A stretch of DNA of 64,000 nt from Eledone cirrhosa (Eukaryota). Where the stretch lies: the NCBI GenBank assembly GCA_964016885.1, contig OZ024744.1:19840001-19904000 (forward strand). The letters are read 5' to 3'. The number at the start of each line of letters is the position of its first letter. Positions within the stretch are counted from its first letter, which is position 1. The notes below the pieces were generated by a model that worked only from the letters and a program-made list of their open reading frames with translations, was not told the DNA's origin and ran no database searches. The position numbers and the translations under genes were made by a program. This document shows, piece after piece, positions 23,026-33,394 of this stretch.

Positions 23026-24833
23026 CCTTGAATCTCAGTCATTGATGTTGGTTAACTGGAAAGTCCGTTGGATTGAATATCAAGCCACTACCTGCAGCCT
23101 CAGATATTCAGGACGTATCGGAGGGTTCTTGCCGTTCCAAGCAAGCATGCCTTTTGAAGCGTTCCAAAAAGCGTGAAGGGGCCGATTTTCTTTAACCATC
23201 CCTGGAAACCTTTGGAGATAGTCCCCAGTGCGCCTATGACAATCGGGATCACTTTGACTTCATGGCAGTTCCAAATCCTTTTCACCTCCCACTTTAGGTC
23301 CTGGTATCGGTTAATTTTCTCCCTCTCCTTCTCTTGCACTCTCGTGTCGAACGGGCAGGCCACATCCACAATCAGGCACGATCTTTTTTCTTTGTCCACA
23401 ACCACCAGGTCAGGTCTATTGTGTTCCAGTTTTTTGTCCGTCTGTATCCTAAAATCCCACAGCACCTTCACCTGACTGTTCTCCATCACCGCCTCTGGCC
23501 TATGCTCATACCATTTCTCAGAATGTGGTAGATTGTTTACTTTGCACAGGTGCCAGTGGATCACCCTGCCCATCACATCGTGTCTCCAGCCCTTATAGTG
23601 GGTCTGGGCTAGGTGTTTACACTCGGACACAATGTGAGCCACAGTCTCCTCTCTCTCTCCACAGATCCTGCACAGTGGGCTAGCCTCCTCCTTGTAGATA
23701 TGGTGCTTCAACCACTTCGTTTTGAGGGCCTGCTCCTGCGCAGCCATTAGCATTCCTTCTGTAGCCTTTTTGAGGTCTCCTCTTCTCAACCAGTTCCATG
23801 TCTGTGGATCTCTAAATTCAGTTTTCTCAAAGAAGGTACTATGAAGGGATTTTCCCTTAAGGCTGCTCTTCCTCCTTGATGTTATTTCCTCCTTGGGTAT
23901 CCCCTGGCCTACTGTCCCCTCCTTCAGTACAGCTCTGAGCATTGGCTCCTTACTATAGGTCACGTATTTGTATAGGTTGTTTTTCTCCATCTGAACACAG
24001 TCCTCTATGCTGATAAGACCTCTTCCACCCTCAGATCTCCTTAGGTAGAGTCTATCGACATCACTCCTCTTGTGGAACATGTTGTAGATAGTCAATAGCT
24101 TCCTAGTCTTCCTATCCATTTCTTTTTGTTCAGCAACATTCCATCTCAGAATTCCCGCACTGTACCTAATAATAGACACAGCTCGGGAATTTACTGCGCT
24201 TATGGCATTTCTGCTGTTCAGATGTGACTTCAATACGCTCCTTACTCTCCGAATGTATTCAGTTCTTAACAATTCCTTCATTTTTTTGTTCTTTATGCCA
24301 TCAGCCTCCAGAACGCCCAAATACTTGTATCCTTCCTCAGAGTCAATTTCCTTTATCATCTCACCTGTTGGTATCTGGATCCCGTTACTTCTGCTCAACC
24401 TACCCCTCCTCATCACAATGACTCCACATTTACCAATACCAAACTGCATACATATATCACTGCTGAAAATACGGACAGTGTCAACAAGCACATCCAACTC
24501 CTTCTCACTTTTCCCGAAGAGCTTAAGATCGTCCATGAAGAGGAGGTGATTGATGGTAAGCTCTCCCCTTCCCAACTTGTATCCTGCTCTCACTTTTCGC
24601 AGCATAATGGTCAAGGGCATCAGGGCAAGGACAAACAACAGAGGGGACAGGCTATCTCCCTGGAAGATACCTCTCTTGATCTTCACGCTTCCCAAGGATA
24701 CTCCAGTTGATGTCAACTCTGTCTCCCAGGACCCCATACTCCTGCCCAGCAACTGTCTGATGTTATCTGCCACCCTGAAGATCTCCAGGCTTTTGGTGAT
24801 CCAGGAATGAGGCACCATGTCAAATGCCTTTCT

Positions 24834-24836
<3 letters not shown>
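23026..24836 (-). mobile_element. Dong family A copy A5, 5'-truncated (~1.8 kb, open remnant 23100-24818)
   Basis: Near-identical to the 3' half of A2; shares the HRPEAV variant with A3. Confidence 0.93.
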
Positions 24837-24881
<45 letters not shown>

Positions 24882-24882
<1 letters not shown>

Positions 24883-27283
24883 AGTTGCATTTATCTTGCT
24901 TTATGTTCATACGAGTTATCACCAAGTCACAACCTGTGACCTCAAGAGACAACAAGGTCCGCCATGTTCAAGAAAGAAAATACATACTCACACATGCATC
25001 TTTAGTGTTTAGACTTGTGATGTACTTATATTGACAGAATCTTCCTTAGTATATGGGCAGTTCCCATTAGTACTATCTTTTGTATTTCTCCTATACGCGG
25101 GATTCCTGGGATTTGCGATATGTAATCATTAGACCCCTTAGGTATCATTCCCAGAGCGCTTACAACCACTGGTATTGTTTTAGTTCTCAATTTCCACATT
25201 TTTCCAATTTCTATTTTCAGGTCCTTATACTTGCTCAATTTTTCAAATGTTTTTATAGATACATTCTTGTCTATTGGAACAGACATATCAATTAGCAGGC
25301 ATACACTCTTTTGAAAGTCCTTCAATATTATATGAGGTCTGTTTGCATCTATTTTTCGGTCTGTTTGGATGCTAAAGTTCCACAAGATTGAGATGTGATC
25401 TTTTTCAAGTATGGGAGGTGGTTGATGCTCCCACCAATTCTTTTGATGGGGCAGGTCAAAATGCTTACACATTATCCAATGTATGTATTGTGCAGCTCTG
25501 TCATGCCTGTTTAGGTATTCGGTTGGAACTATAGGACTGCACATTGAAATTATATGGTCAATGGTCTCTGGTTGTTTTTTGCATACACGGCATAATGGGC
25601 TGCACCCATTTTTTATTATGTTGGGTTGGTAATTTTTTGTTGGCAGACACTGATCTTGTGCCGATATAATCAGTCCTTCAGTCTCCGATTTCAGTCCAGA
25701 GGATGCCAACCACTGATGGGTTAAAGTTTTGTCAACATCAGGATTGTTAGCTCGCTCTGAGTATTTTCCATACAGAGGCTTTTCTTGCCATTTCTTAGCC
25801 AGTTTCTGTAGCAGTTCTTTCTTTGCAGTTACTTTTACCTGCTTTGCTTTTTCTGTGTTTTCCATTTCAGCAGTAAATGGGACTTCTGAAATTTGTAGTT
25901 CATTACTGTATCTTTGTGCATCTTTTGATGCTTTCGCGTTTCAAAACGAGTTTGATCATCCAATCATGTGATTCCCTTAGATATGTAGATAATCCAATTG
26001 TTGTAGTTTTCAACGCAATGTCTAACTGGATTAACCAACGTCCCCCTTCTTTCCTAGGGAGATATATTCTATCTATATCTGCCTTAGGGTGATGCATTCT
26101 GTGCATGGTTAAGAATTTTCGAATTTTTGTATCGAGCCTACGGATCTCTGTGCTTGACCAGTTGATGACATTGTAACTGTAGGTTACTACTGGTATGGCA
26201 AGCGTGTTTATGGCATCGATCCTATTCCTTGCATTCAATTCCGTTCTTAAGATTTCTCTTACTCTGCGGTAACATTCCTTCCTTATCCTTTCCCTCATTG
26301 TCGAGTACTTGATTCCGTCTCCTTCACAAACACCTAGATATTTGTAAGTTTTTTCTTGATCAAGTTCTCTTATCACGTTCCCCCGATCAAGATTAATGTC
26401 TGAACTCTTCAGCAGCTTTCCTCTGGTGAACGTTGCTTTGGCGCATTTATCTAGTCCAAACTCCATTTTAATGTCACCACTGAACTGCTTCACAGTGGAT
26501 AATAGCCCTTGCAATTGTTCATCATTTTTTGCAAATAGTTTCAGGTCATCCATGTAGAACAGGTGATTAATGGTTTTGTCATAGACTTTATATCCATGTT
26601 TTGTTTCATTGAGCATTTTACTTAATGGTATAAGTGCGATGCAGAATAAAAGCGGTGATAAAGAGTCACCCTGAAAAATTCCACAATTAATATTAACTTC
26701 TCCAGCTTCCAGTGATTTTGTTTCACTATTCAAAAGGAGTGTCGTTTTCCATGTCTTCATACTGAATGACAAAAACCTCCTGACAACGGGGGATATTTTG
26801 AAAATCTCTAAACATTTTTCAATCCAACTGTGTGGCAAACTATCAAATGCTTTTTTATAATCTATCCAAGCAATTGATAGATTTTTGTGTCTATTATGAC
26901 AATCTTCCAGTATCATTTTGTTAACCAGAAGCTGATCCTTACAGCCATATGAGCCTCGTTTACACCCTTTCTGCTCAATGGGAAATAGGTCATTTGTTAT
27001 CAGGTGGTCATATGTGTATTCAGTTAGGACTGATGTTAAAATTTTTATACATTGTGGTCAAGCAAGTTATCGGTCTGTAATTTTTGGGATTGTTTGTCTC
27101 ATCATTCTTCGGAAGCAGGAATGTAATGCCGTTAACTAGCCATGAGGGTATATTTTCTGGCTCCTTAACTAGTTCATTGTAAAGTTGGGCTAACAGCTCA
27201 TGAGACTCTGTGAAGGCATTTATCCAAAAGTTTTGTATTTTGTCTTTTCCTGGGGATTTCCATTTGCTGGTTTTTCTTAGAGC

Positions 27284-27286
<3 letters not shown>
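24882..27286 (-). mobile_element. Dong/R4 family B copy B3, 5'-truncated, frameshifted
   Basis: KWKSPGKD, NYRPITCL, DYKKAFD, QGDSLSP, YMDDLKL, CRVCKKQPETIDHIISMC and RLE motifs in fragments 25026-27286. Confidence 0.9.
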
Positions 27287-27317
<31 letters not shown>

Positions 27318-27533
27318 GAATGCCATGGTTGACGGAGGCTCGGCTCTGTAAGGTATAGTAATTTTTAACCGTTAAAACAATTGTAAATTGTTTAAAACTT
27401 GAACCAAATTGTTGATAAAGACACCCTCCTCCTCGTGAGAGGGGTCTTTCTGTCCGTTATTTGGCCCTTCGGGGTTAAATAACCAGTTATTGGGGTTTTG
27501 TACCCAAAATTTCATTTTAAACAAAAAAACAAC

Positions 27534-29630
27534 ATGGCTACGAAAAAGAAATTTCATACGTCACTCCCACTCATTCCGTCTTCTTCTTCCTCAATCATCA
27601 CTACAGCAGAGAGAAGATTGTCTCTCTCCCTCCCTTCTTTAAATGTGTCTCTCTCCCTCCCTTCTCTTTCGCAAGTGACGAAAGAAAAGAAAAGTCTCGT
27701 GCAAAGCGTGCAAGGTTTCTCCACGACGACGACGACAGCGACGAAACAGGTGTGCGGGAAATACGAAAACCCAGTTCATTCGTCTGACGTCAGGAATAAT
27801 AGCAGTAGCAGCCGTAATAACAACAGCAACAGTGACAATGAAAACAACAGTTGCAGCCGCAACAGCATCACCAGCAGCATAAACAACAACAGCATTAGCA
27901 GCAGCAACACCAACAACAACCACAGCAACAGCGGCGGAGGCAGTAGTCGTAGTACCTGCAGCAACAACAAAAGTACCAGCAACTCTGACGACAACAACAA
28001 CAGCAGAGAAAAACCAATCTCATTTGCAGGTATTGCGAAAAACTTGGAAACAATCCTCATAACAAATGAGGAATTAGAGGAAGCGAAGAAGATGGTGACA
28101 AAGAACGGACACCGAGCAATCTGCAAGGCAGCGGAAACATTTTTCGAAACCCAAGAGCACTGTACGGTCACGTACCGTACAGTAAGTACAAAATCCCGTA
28201 GGGTGGAAAGAGCCACAGAGGCCCAAATACAAAAAGCCTTGGGGCCTGTGTGGCAGCGGAAAACGCACATCACCCGAGGCAAAAAATATGCCACCGTAGA
28301 CGTACTTTTTGCCACACCCCAGGAGGCAAAGGCCCAATCAGTAGTGACCCTAAGGAGCGAGGAAATGGTGTTGGTGCCCTCCTACTGCGGGCAAAAAATT
28401 GTGAGGGTCAAACTGACCCACGTCCCCCCCGGAATGACCCCTTCTTGGCTGGCCGCGTCTGTCCTCGTCGGAATCGAGGACAAAACAACTGTACTGCAAG
28501 TACAGAAAAAAGTAAGAGAAGATTGGGTCGGCTCCTCCATTGAGATGCTAATCCAAACCAACCAGGAGTGCATCGAAGCTATCCCGGATGTGATAGACTT
28601 CGATAACGGCACTCAACTGCCCATAAGTGTTGAGGGCAAACGCCCGAAATGCTTTCGCTGTGGATCGAAGACTCACCTCAGGGCCTTCTGCAACGAGAAG
28701 ATCCTGAGAAAGGAGAAAACCCCCCTCCTTCCGAATCCGGCTCCACGGCTACCAGCAACAGGACAAGCGGCAACCAGGAACGATAGGCCCGTGGCACCCA
28801 TACCCACTCCACGGAAATCAAAAACAGCAGCAGCAGTGGAAATATTAACAACAACAACAGCAATACCAAATGCAGCTGCAACAGAGACTCCAGTGCAAAC
28901 ATCACCAACAACAACAAGTGAAAGAGTGGAGCTGGTACCCCTCCCCGACCTCACAGAATCAGACATGGAGTGTGAGGTGGGAGAGGGGTGGCAAAAGGTC
29001 GTAAGAAGGCACAAACGCAGAAGCAGCGCATCGTCGCCTTTGAAAAGGGAGGAAAGAAATGAGAAAAGGGTAAAGTCTACAGCAAAGAGACCCACAACAG
29101 CAACAACACCAACACCATCACCACCCACACTAGCACCACCATCACCACCGGCGACAACCCCACCGCCAACAACACCTTCAACACCACCACCACAAGCACC
29201 AACATCGCAAACACAACAACAAAACACACACACCCAGCAACAACGACAAGAAAATAGCAGAACCACACCCCACCCCCAGAAAAACAAATGCACGGCAATA
29301 AATACACACAACAAGAAACTAATGACTTACATAATTGAACACACAGACATTTCACAACAGGACTACATAATACCAGCACCAATCAAAACGCCAACTAACA
29401 TAAGACTGCTAAAAATAGCACAGAAACAATACACAAACATTAAAACGAAATTCCCCAACGCAGTTGGTGATTTCAGGGACCTAGGAGGAACCATCAATCG
29501 AAGAGTATACTCAGACATTCTCTTAGAAGAGCCGACGACCAGCCGAAGGGACGATTCAACGGTCCCTTCACCAGACGATCAAGTGAAAAGGGATGTAAAA
29601 ACCATCCCTCCTCTACCAAAAGTACGGTAA
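27534..29630 (+). CDS. Tx1 ORF1 protein (~698 aa; Asn/Ser-rich N-terminus, putative RRM-like core, CCHC zinc knuckle, Thr/Pro-rich tail)
   Basis: First ATG at 27534 (AACATGG); CFRCGSKTHLRAFC knuckle; basic WQKVVRRHKRR motif; lies directly upstream of ORF2. Confidence 0.88.
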   Translation: MATKKKFHTSLPLIPSSSSSIITTAERRLSLSLPSLNVSLSLPSLSQVTKEKKSLVQSVQGFSTTTTTATKQVCGKYENPVHSSDVRNNSSSSRNNNSNSDNENNSCSRNSITSSINNNSISSSNTNNNHSNSGGGSSRSTCSNNKSTSNSDDNNNSREKPISFAGIAKNLETILITNEELEEAKKMVTKNGHRAICKAAETFFETQEHCTVTYRTVSTKSRRVERATEAQIQKALGPVWQRKTHITRGKKYATVDVLFATPQEAKAQSVVTLRSEEMVLVPSYCGQKIVRVKLTHVPPGMTPSWLAASVLVGIEDKTTVLQVQKKVREDWVGSSIEMLIQTNQECIEAIPDVIDFDNGTQLPISVEGKRPKCFRCGSKTHLRAFCNEKILRKEKTPLLPNPAPRLPATGQAATRNDRPVAPIPTPRKSKTAAAVEILTTTTAIPNAAATETPVQTSPTTTSERVELVPLPDLTESDMECEVGEGWQKVVRRHKRRSSASSPLKREERNEKRVKSTAKRPTTATTPTPSPPTLAPPSPPATTPPPTTPSTPPPQAPTSQTQQQNTHTQQQRQENSRTTPHPQKNKCTAINTHNKKLMTYIIEHTDISQQDYIIPAPIKTPTNIRLLKIAQKQYTNIKTKFPNAVGDFRDLGGTINRRVYSDILLEEPTTSRRDDSTVPSPDDQVKRDVKTIPPLPKVR

Positions 29631-29664
29631 GTGGTCTTCCCATCTTTTCCACTCTATTTTAAAC

Positions 29665-32600
29665 ATGACCTCACTCAGAATAGGCAGCATAAATGCGCGT
29701 GGCTTGGGGTCGTCATGGAAGCAAGGTCACCTGCTCAACGACCTCAGGTCACTAAACATAGATGTAGTGGCCATCAGCGAGACCAGAATCTCCGAAACAC
29801 GGGCCTTCGCACCGATCTTCGGCGGCTACGACGTGTATGCATCTCCCAGCCGTCCTGGATCCGGTGGAGGAGTTGCTGTGCTTTTTCGGAGAGGTTTGGA
29901 TCTCGCCATACGGGCCATCTTCCTGGACCCAGAGGGTAAGTTGGTGGTGCTGGACGTGACCAGCGGAGACGGGCAAGCTTTCAGGCTAGTGGCCGTCTAT
30001 GCCCCGACAGGAGCAGGGCGGCCTGATTTCTTCCGGCGTCTAGAGACCTTTCTTAGAACGTCCCGCTCTTTAGTGTTAGTGGGCGACTGGAACGGGATCT
30101 TAGATGCACGCTGGGACTGTGTGGGATTAGCGGATAGGGGTGGAGGGTGCAAGAGCCTCACCAACCTGCTCAGGCGTTTTGAACTGTCTGACAGGTACCG
30201 ATTGGATTTCCCGAATCTGCCAATGTGGACTTGGACAAACCGCATAGGGTCATCCAGATCATATCTAGATAGAGTATTTTGTAGGGAAATAGATAGGTCT
30301 AGCATAGGCTGTCCACAATTCAAGATAGTCAGCTACACGGACCAGAAATTCGTGATCTGTGTGCTTGACTTAAATAGGCTTCATAGACGAGGACCCGGCT
30401 ACTGGAAGCTAAACGCGTCCTTACCAGCGCGCAAGGCCTACAGAGACCGGATTAGCGAACTAGTTAAGCGGGCGTTGACGGGGGCCATCGTCAACAACAA
30501 GTGGTGGTTTGCTCTGAAAAGAGCGATTAGAATAGAATCGATTAGGTTTAGTAAGGCTTTAGCAATAGAGAAAAATAGAGCAGAGGGAGAACTAGTTAGA
30601 AAATTAGACGAGGCGCTTAGCAAAGGCATTGCGACCGACGTGCTTGCGGCGAAATTGGCCCTTGACCAATTCTTCAATGCAAAGCACGAAGGCTGCGTTG
30701 TCAGAGCAAGGGTGCGTGCTCTCAGACACGAGGGGACGAAAGCCGTTCAATGGGCCCGAGTGGCGGAGGCGCGTCGTGGCAACAAAGCCACGATCCGGTC
30801 TTTGGTGGACCACGACGGGCGCATGCTACTCGACCCCGGGCAAATGTGTGAAGCTTTTCAGCGACACTTCGCTCAGCTGTTCGGGGGCAGCGGTGGGCCG
30901 GGTAGAGGGATGGACTTTAGTGCCTACCTCGACGGACTGCCGCGGCTCTCGGCCACTGAGGCGAAGTGCTGCGAAAAGCCGATAACAGCCGCTGAAGTAA
31001 GGGAGGCAATGACTGGCTGCACAAGGGGTAAATCGCCTGGTTTGGATGGTCTGCCCTATGAACTTTACGTACAGATGCCAGACTTGTTCGGAGGCCTCTT
31101 GGCGGACGTCTACTGCAACTGGCAACAGAACGGGAGTATTCCCAGTTCTGTGAGCCGAGGAGCGGTGGCACTGCTGAGAAAGGATCCGAACAAGGGGGAT
31201 AACATAGAAAATTTCCGGCCCATAACTCTGCTAAACATAGAGTTTAAGATTTTGGCCAAGGTCCTAGCAAAGAGGTTGGCGCTTGTCGTTGGTGGTCTGG
31301 TGGGAGAGGCGCAGACAAGCGCCATTCCCGACAGATCCATCCACGACAACCTCAACCTCATGCGATACATCGTAGAGAGGGTAGCTAGGGAACCTGGCAG
31401 GGGTGGGTCCTTGATCAATTTAGATCAGTCGAAAGCTTTCGATAGGGTCGACCATCGTTACCTAGCGGCAGTCCTGAGGGCGGCTGGCTTTGGGCCCGTC
31501 TTCAGAGGCTGGATCGCTGCCATGCACAGAGACATCTGCTCTGTGGTGAGAGTGAACGGTCACCTGTCGGAACCGTTCAACATCATGCGCTCGGTCCGCC
31601 AAGGATGTCCCCTCTCGTCCCTATTGTACGTATTGACTCTCGAGCCATTACTGCACAAACTGGAGACGTTGAGGGGAGTCCCGCGCGAAGTAGGATGCGG
31701 AAGATCCGTGTCAGCATATGCGGACGATATCACCGTAGTGGTGTCGAACGCCAAACACATCGAGGCGATCGGCACTACACTAAGAGAATACGAAGCGGTG
31801 ACAGGAGCAATGATCAACCAGGAAAAGTCAGTGGGTCTGCAGCTCGGCACCTGGAGAGGCAGGTCCATGACGTCCAACTGCGTCGTCGGACGCTGGACGG
31901 ACGGACCGGTTAAATTGCTAGGGATCTGGTTCGGTCCGGACCTCCAGACGGACAAAAACTGGGACGAGGTGACGAGCAGGGTGGCTTCTCTCACCCAGAA
32001 ATGGGCGGAGAGGAAGCTATCCCTGAAAGGTCGAGCGGAGGTGGCTAACGCGTACATCGCGTCTGTCATCTGCTACCGCCTGACCGTCGTACCTTGTCCT
32101 AAGCCTCGCCTGACTGCGCTGGAGCGTTTGCTCTTTCGCTTTTTGTGGAAGGGACGTGCTCCGATGGTCAGGGGGTCCATCTGTTGTCAACACCCGCTAC
32201 GTGGAGGGCTGGGCATGCCGTGGCTGATGATGCGCAGGCACGCGCTCAGGCTACGACATCTCCACCTCTTCCTCGACGGTGATCAGGTGTGGTCGCCGTT
32301 TGCTAGGCGCGTATTTCCCCAGCTCGTTTCCTTCACGGAGCTGCAGTACTGGGTCAAGCGAAGACCGAGAGGGAGCGCCTGGAGACTGGAATGTCTTCAG
32401 GCGCTCACAGCCCTCGACCAATCGGGCAATGTGATCGGTGGAAACTCCACCTCGGCGTTCTATAGAGGATTAGTGGAGGGGAAGAGCGACGACGTACTTG
32501 GGGAAACTCTAGGCGTCGACGAAAATCAACTAGCCAATCTCTTCGGAAGAACTTTCGGGCCGGGGCCTATGGACAACTTCCAGAAATCTCTGGCCTGGCA

Positions 32601-33084
32601 GTGCTACCGAGGAGCCTTGCCAGTTCGGGATAAACTCTACAGGCATGGAGGTGCCGTCAGCCGGGCATGTCCGAGATGCGCGCAGGGCGACGAAACCGTC
32701 CTGCACGCACTCGTCCAGTGTCCGAAAATTGCTGACTTGTGGCTTTATGTCGAACACCTGCTGTCGCGTTTAGGACGGATCCGGCTATCATCTGAGTCCA
32801 TCGTGAGGATTTCCCCGCCCTCCTCCTTTAGCCGGGAAGGGCAGGCAGTTTTTATCTGTCTGGTGGCCATGGCGAAAGAGATAGTATGGTGGACACGTTT
32901 GAAAGGGCTGAAGACGAGCACTTACCTCTTCGGTGATGCTCTGATTGACTTTTTCAAATTTCATTTGAAAAGGAAAATCAGAGTAGAATGGGAAGTGCTC
33001 TCTTCCCAACATTTTGTTGAAAGATGGGTGAGAGAAGCAAGAATGGCCCGAGTGAATGGGCCTACTCTGAATATATATCTGTAA
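29665..33084 (+). CDS. Tx1 ORF2 protein, 1139 aa: APE endonuclease, reverse transcriptase, C-terminal Cys/His motif
   Basis: SINARG, ISETR, GDWN, YLDRV, GPGYWKLN, KSPGLDG, FRPITLLN, DQSKAFDRV, RQGCPLS, AYADD, CPRCAQGDETVLHALVQC. The APE terminal His appears changed (TDQ vs TDH in copy 1). Confidence 0.95.
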   Translation: MTSLRIGSINARGLGSSWKQGHLLNDLRSLNIDVVAISETRISETRAFAPIFGGYDVYASPSRPGSGGGVAVLFRRGLDLAIRAIFLDPEGKLVVLDVTSGDGQAFRLVAVYAPTGAGRPDFFRRLETFLRTSRSLVLVGDWNGILDARWDCVGLADRGGGCKSLTNLLRRFELSDRYRLDFPNLPMWTWTNRIGSSRSYLDRVFCREIDRSSIGCPQFKIVSYTDQKFVICVLDLNRLHRRGPGYWKLNASLPARKAYRDRISELVKRALTGAIVNNKWWFALKRAIRIESIRFSKALAIEKNRAEGELVRKLDEALSKGIATDVLAAKLALDQFFNAKHEGCVVRARVRALRHEGTKAVQWARVAEARRGNKATIRSLVDHDGRMLLDPGQMCEAFQRHFAQLFGGSGGPGRGMDFSAYLDGLPRLSATEAKCCEKPITAAEVREAMTGCTRGKSPGLDGLPYELYVQMPDLFGGLLADVYCNWQQNGSIPSSVSRGAVALLRKDPNKGDNIENFRPITLLNIEFKILAKVLAKRLALVVGGLVGEAQTSAIPDRSIHDNLNLMRYIVERVAREPGRGGSLINLDQSKAFDRVDHRYLAAVLRAAGFGPVFRGWIAAMHRDICSVVRVNGHLSEPFNIMRSVRQGCPLSSLLYVLTLEPLLHKLETLRGVPREVGCGRSVSAYADDITVVVSNAKHIEAIGTTLREYEAVTGAMINQEKSVGLQLGTWRGRSMTSNCVVGRWTDGPVKLLGIWFGPDLQTDKNWDEVTSRVASLTQKWAERKLSLKGRAEVANAYIASVICYRLTVVPCPKPRLTALERLLFRFLWKGRAPMVRGSICCQHPLRGGLGMPWLMMRRHALRLRHLHLFLDGDQVWSPFARRVFPQLVSFTELQYWVKRRPRGSAWRLECLQALTALDQSGNVIGGNSTSAFYRGLVEGKSDDVLGETLGVDENQLANLFGRTFGPGPMDNFQKSLAWQCYRGALPVRDKLYRHGGAVSRACPRCAQGDETVLHALVQCPKIADLWLYVEHLLSRLGRIRLSSESIVRISPPSSFSREGQAVFICLVAMAKEIVWWTRLKGLKTSTYLFGDALIDFFKFHLKRKIRVEWEVLSSQHFVERWVREARMARVNGPTLNIYL

Positions 33085-33332
33085 ATTAAAGGTGGAAAAC
33101 TGGGAGAGGGCACTTGCCTTGGTGGTCAGGGTCATTGTGGCTTTTTACTGGGCTTTCTCCACAAATGTCCCTCCGAAGTCTCCCCCCTATTGGGGAATTT
33201 TTCATTGTTATTTTCTGTTACATCCTCTGTTTTTGTTTTTTACACGCAGAAATGCCCATTTGTACCGTCCTGCATTGTCCTGCACTGTCCTTAATGTCTA
33301 CTTTATGTAAACCCTTGTGGTTAATAAAGAAA

Positions 33333-33394
<62 letters not shown>

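Larger units (their letters stand above)
27318..33334 (+). mobile_element. Tx1/L1-clade retrotransposon copy 2, apparently intact and full length, inserted in (TTA)n
   Basis: ~215-nt 5'UTR, open ORF1 and ORF2, 250-nt 3'UTR ending AATAAAGAAATC; (TTA)n on both sides. Confidence 0.95.
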
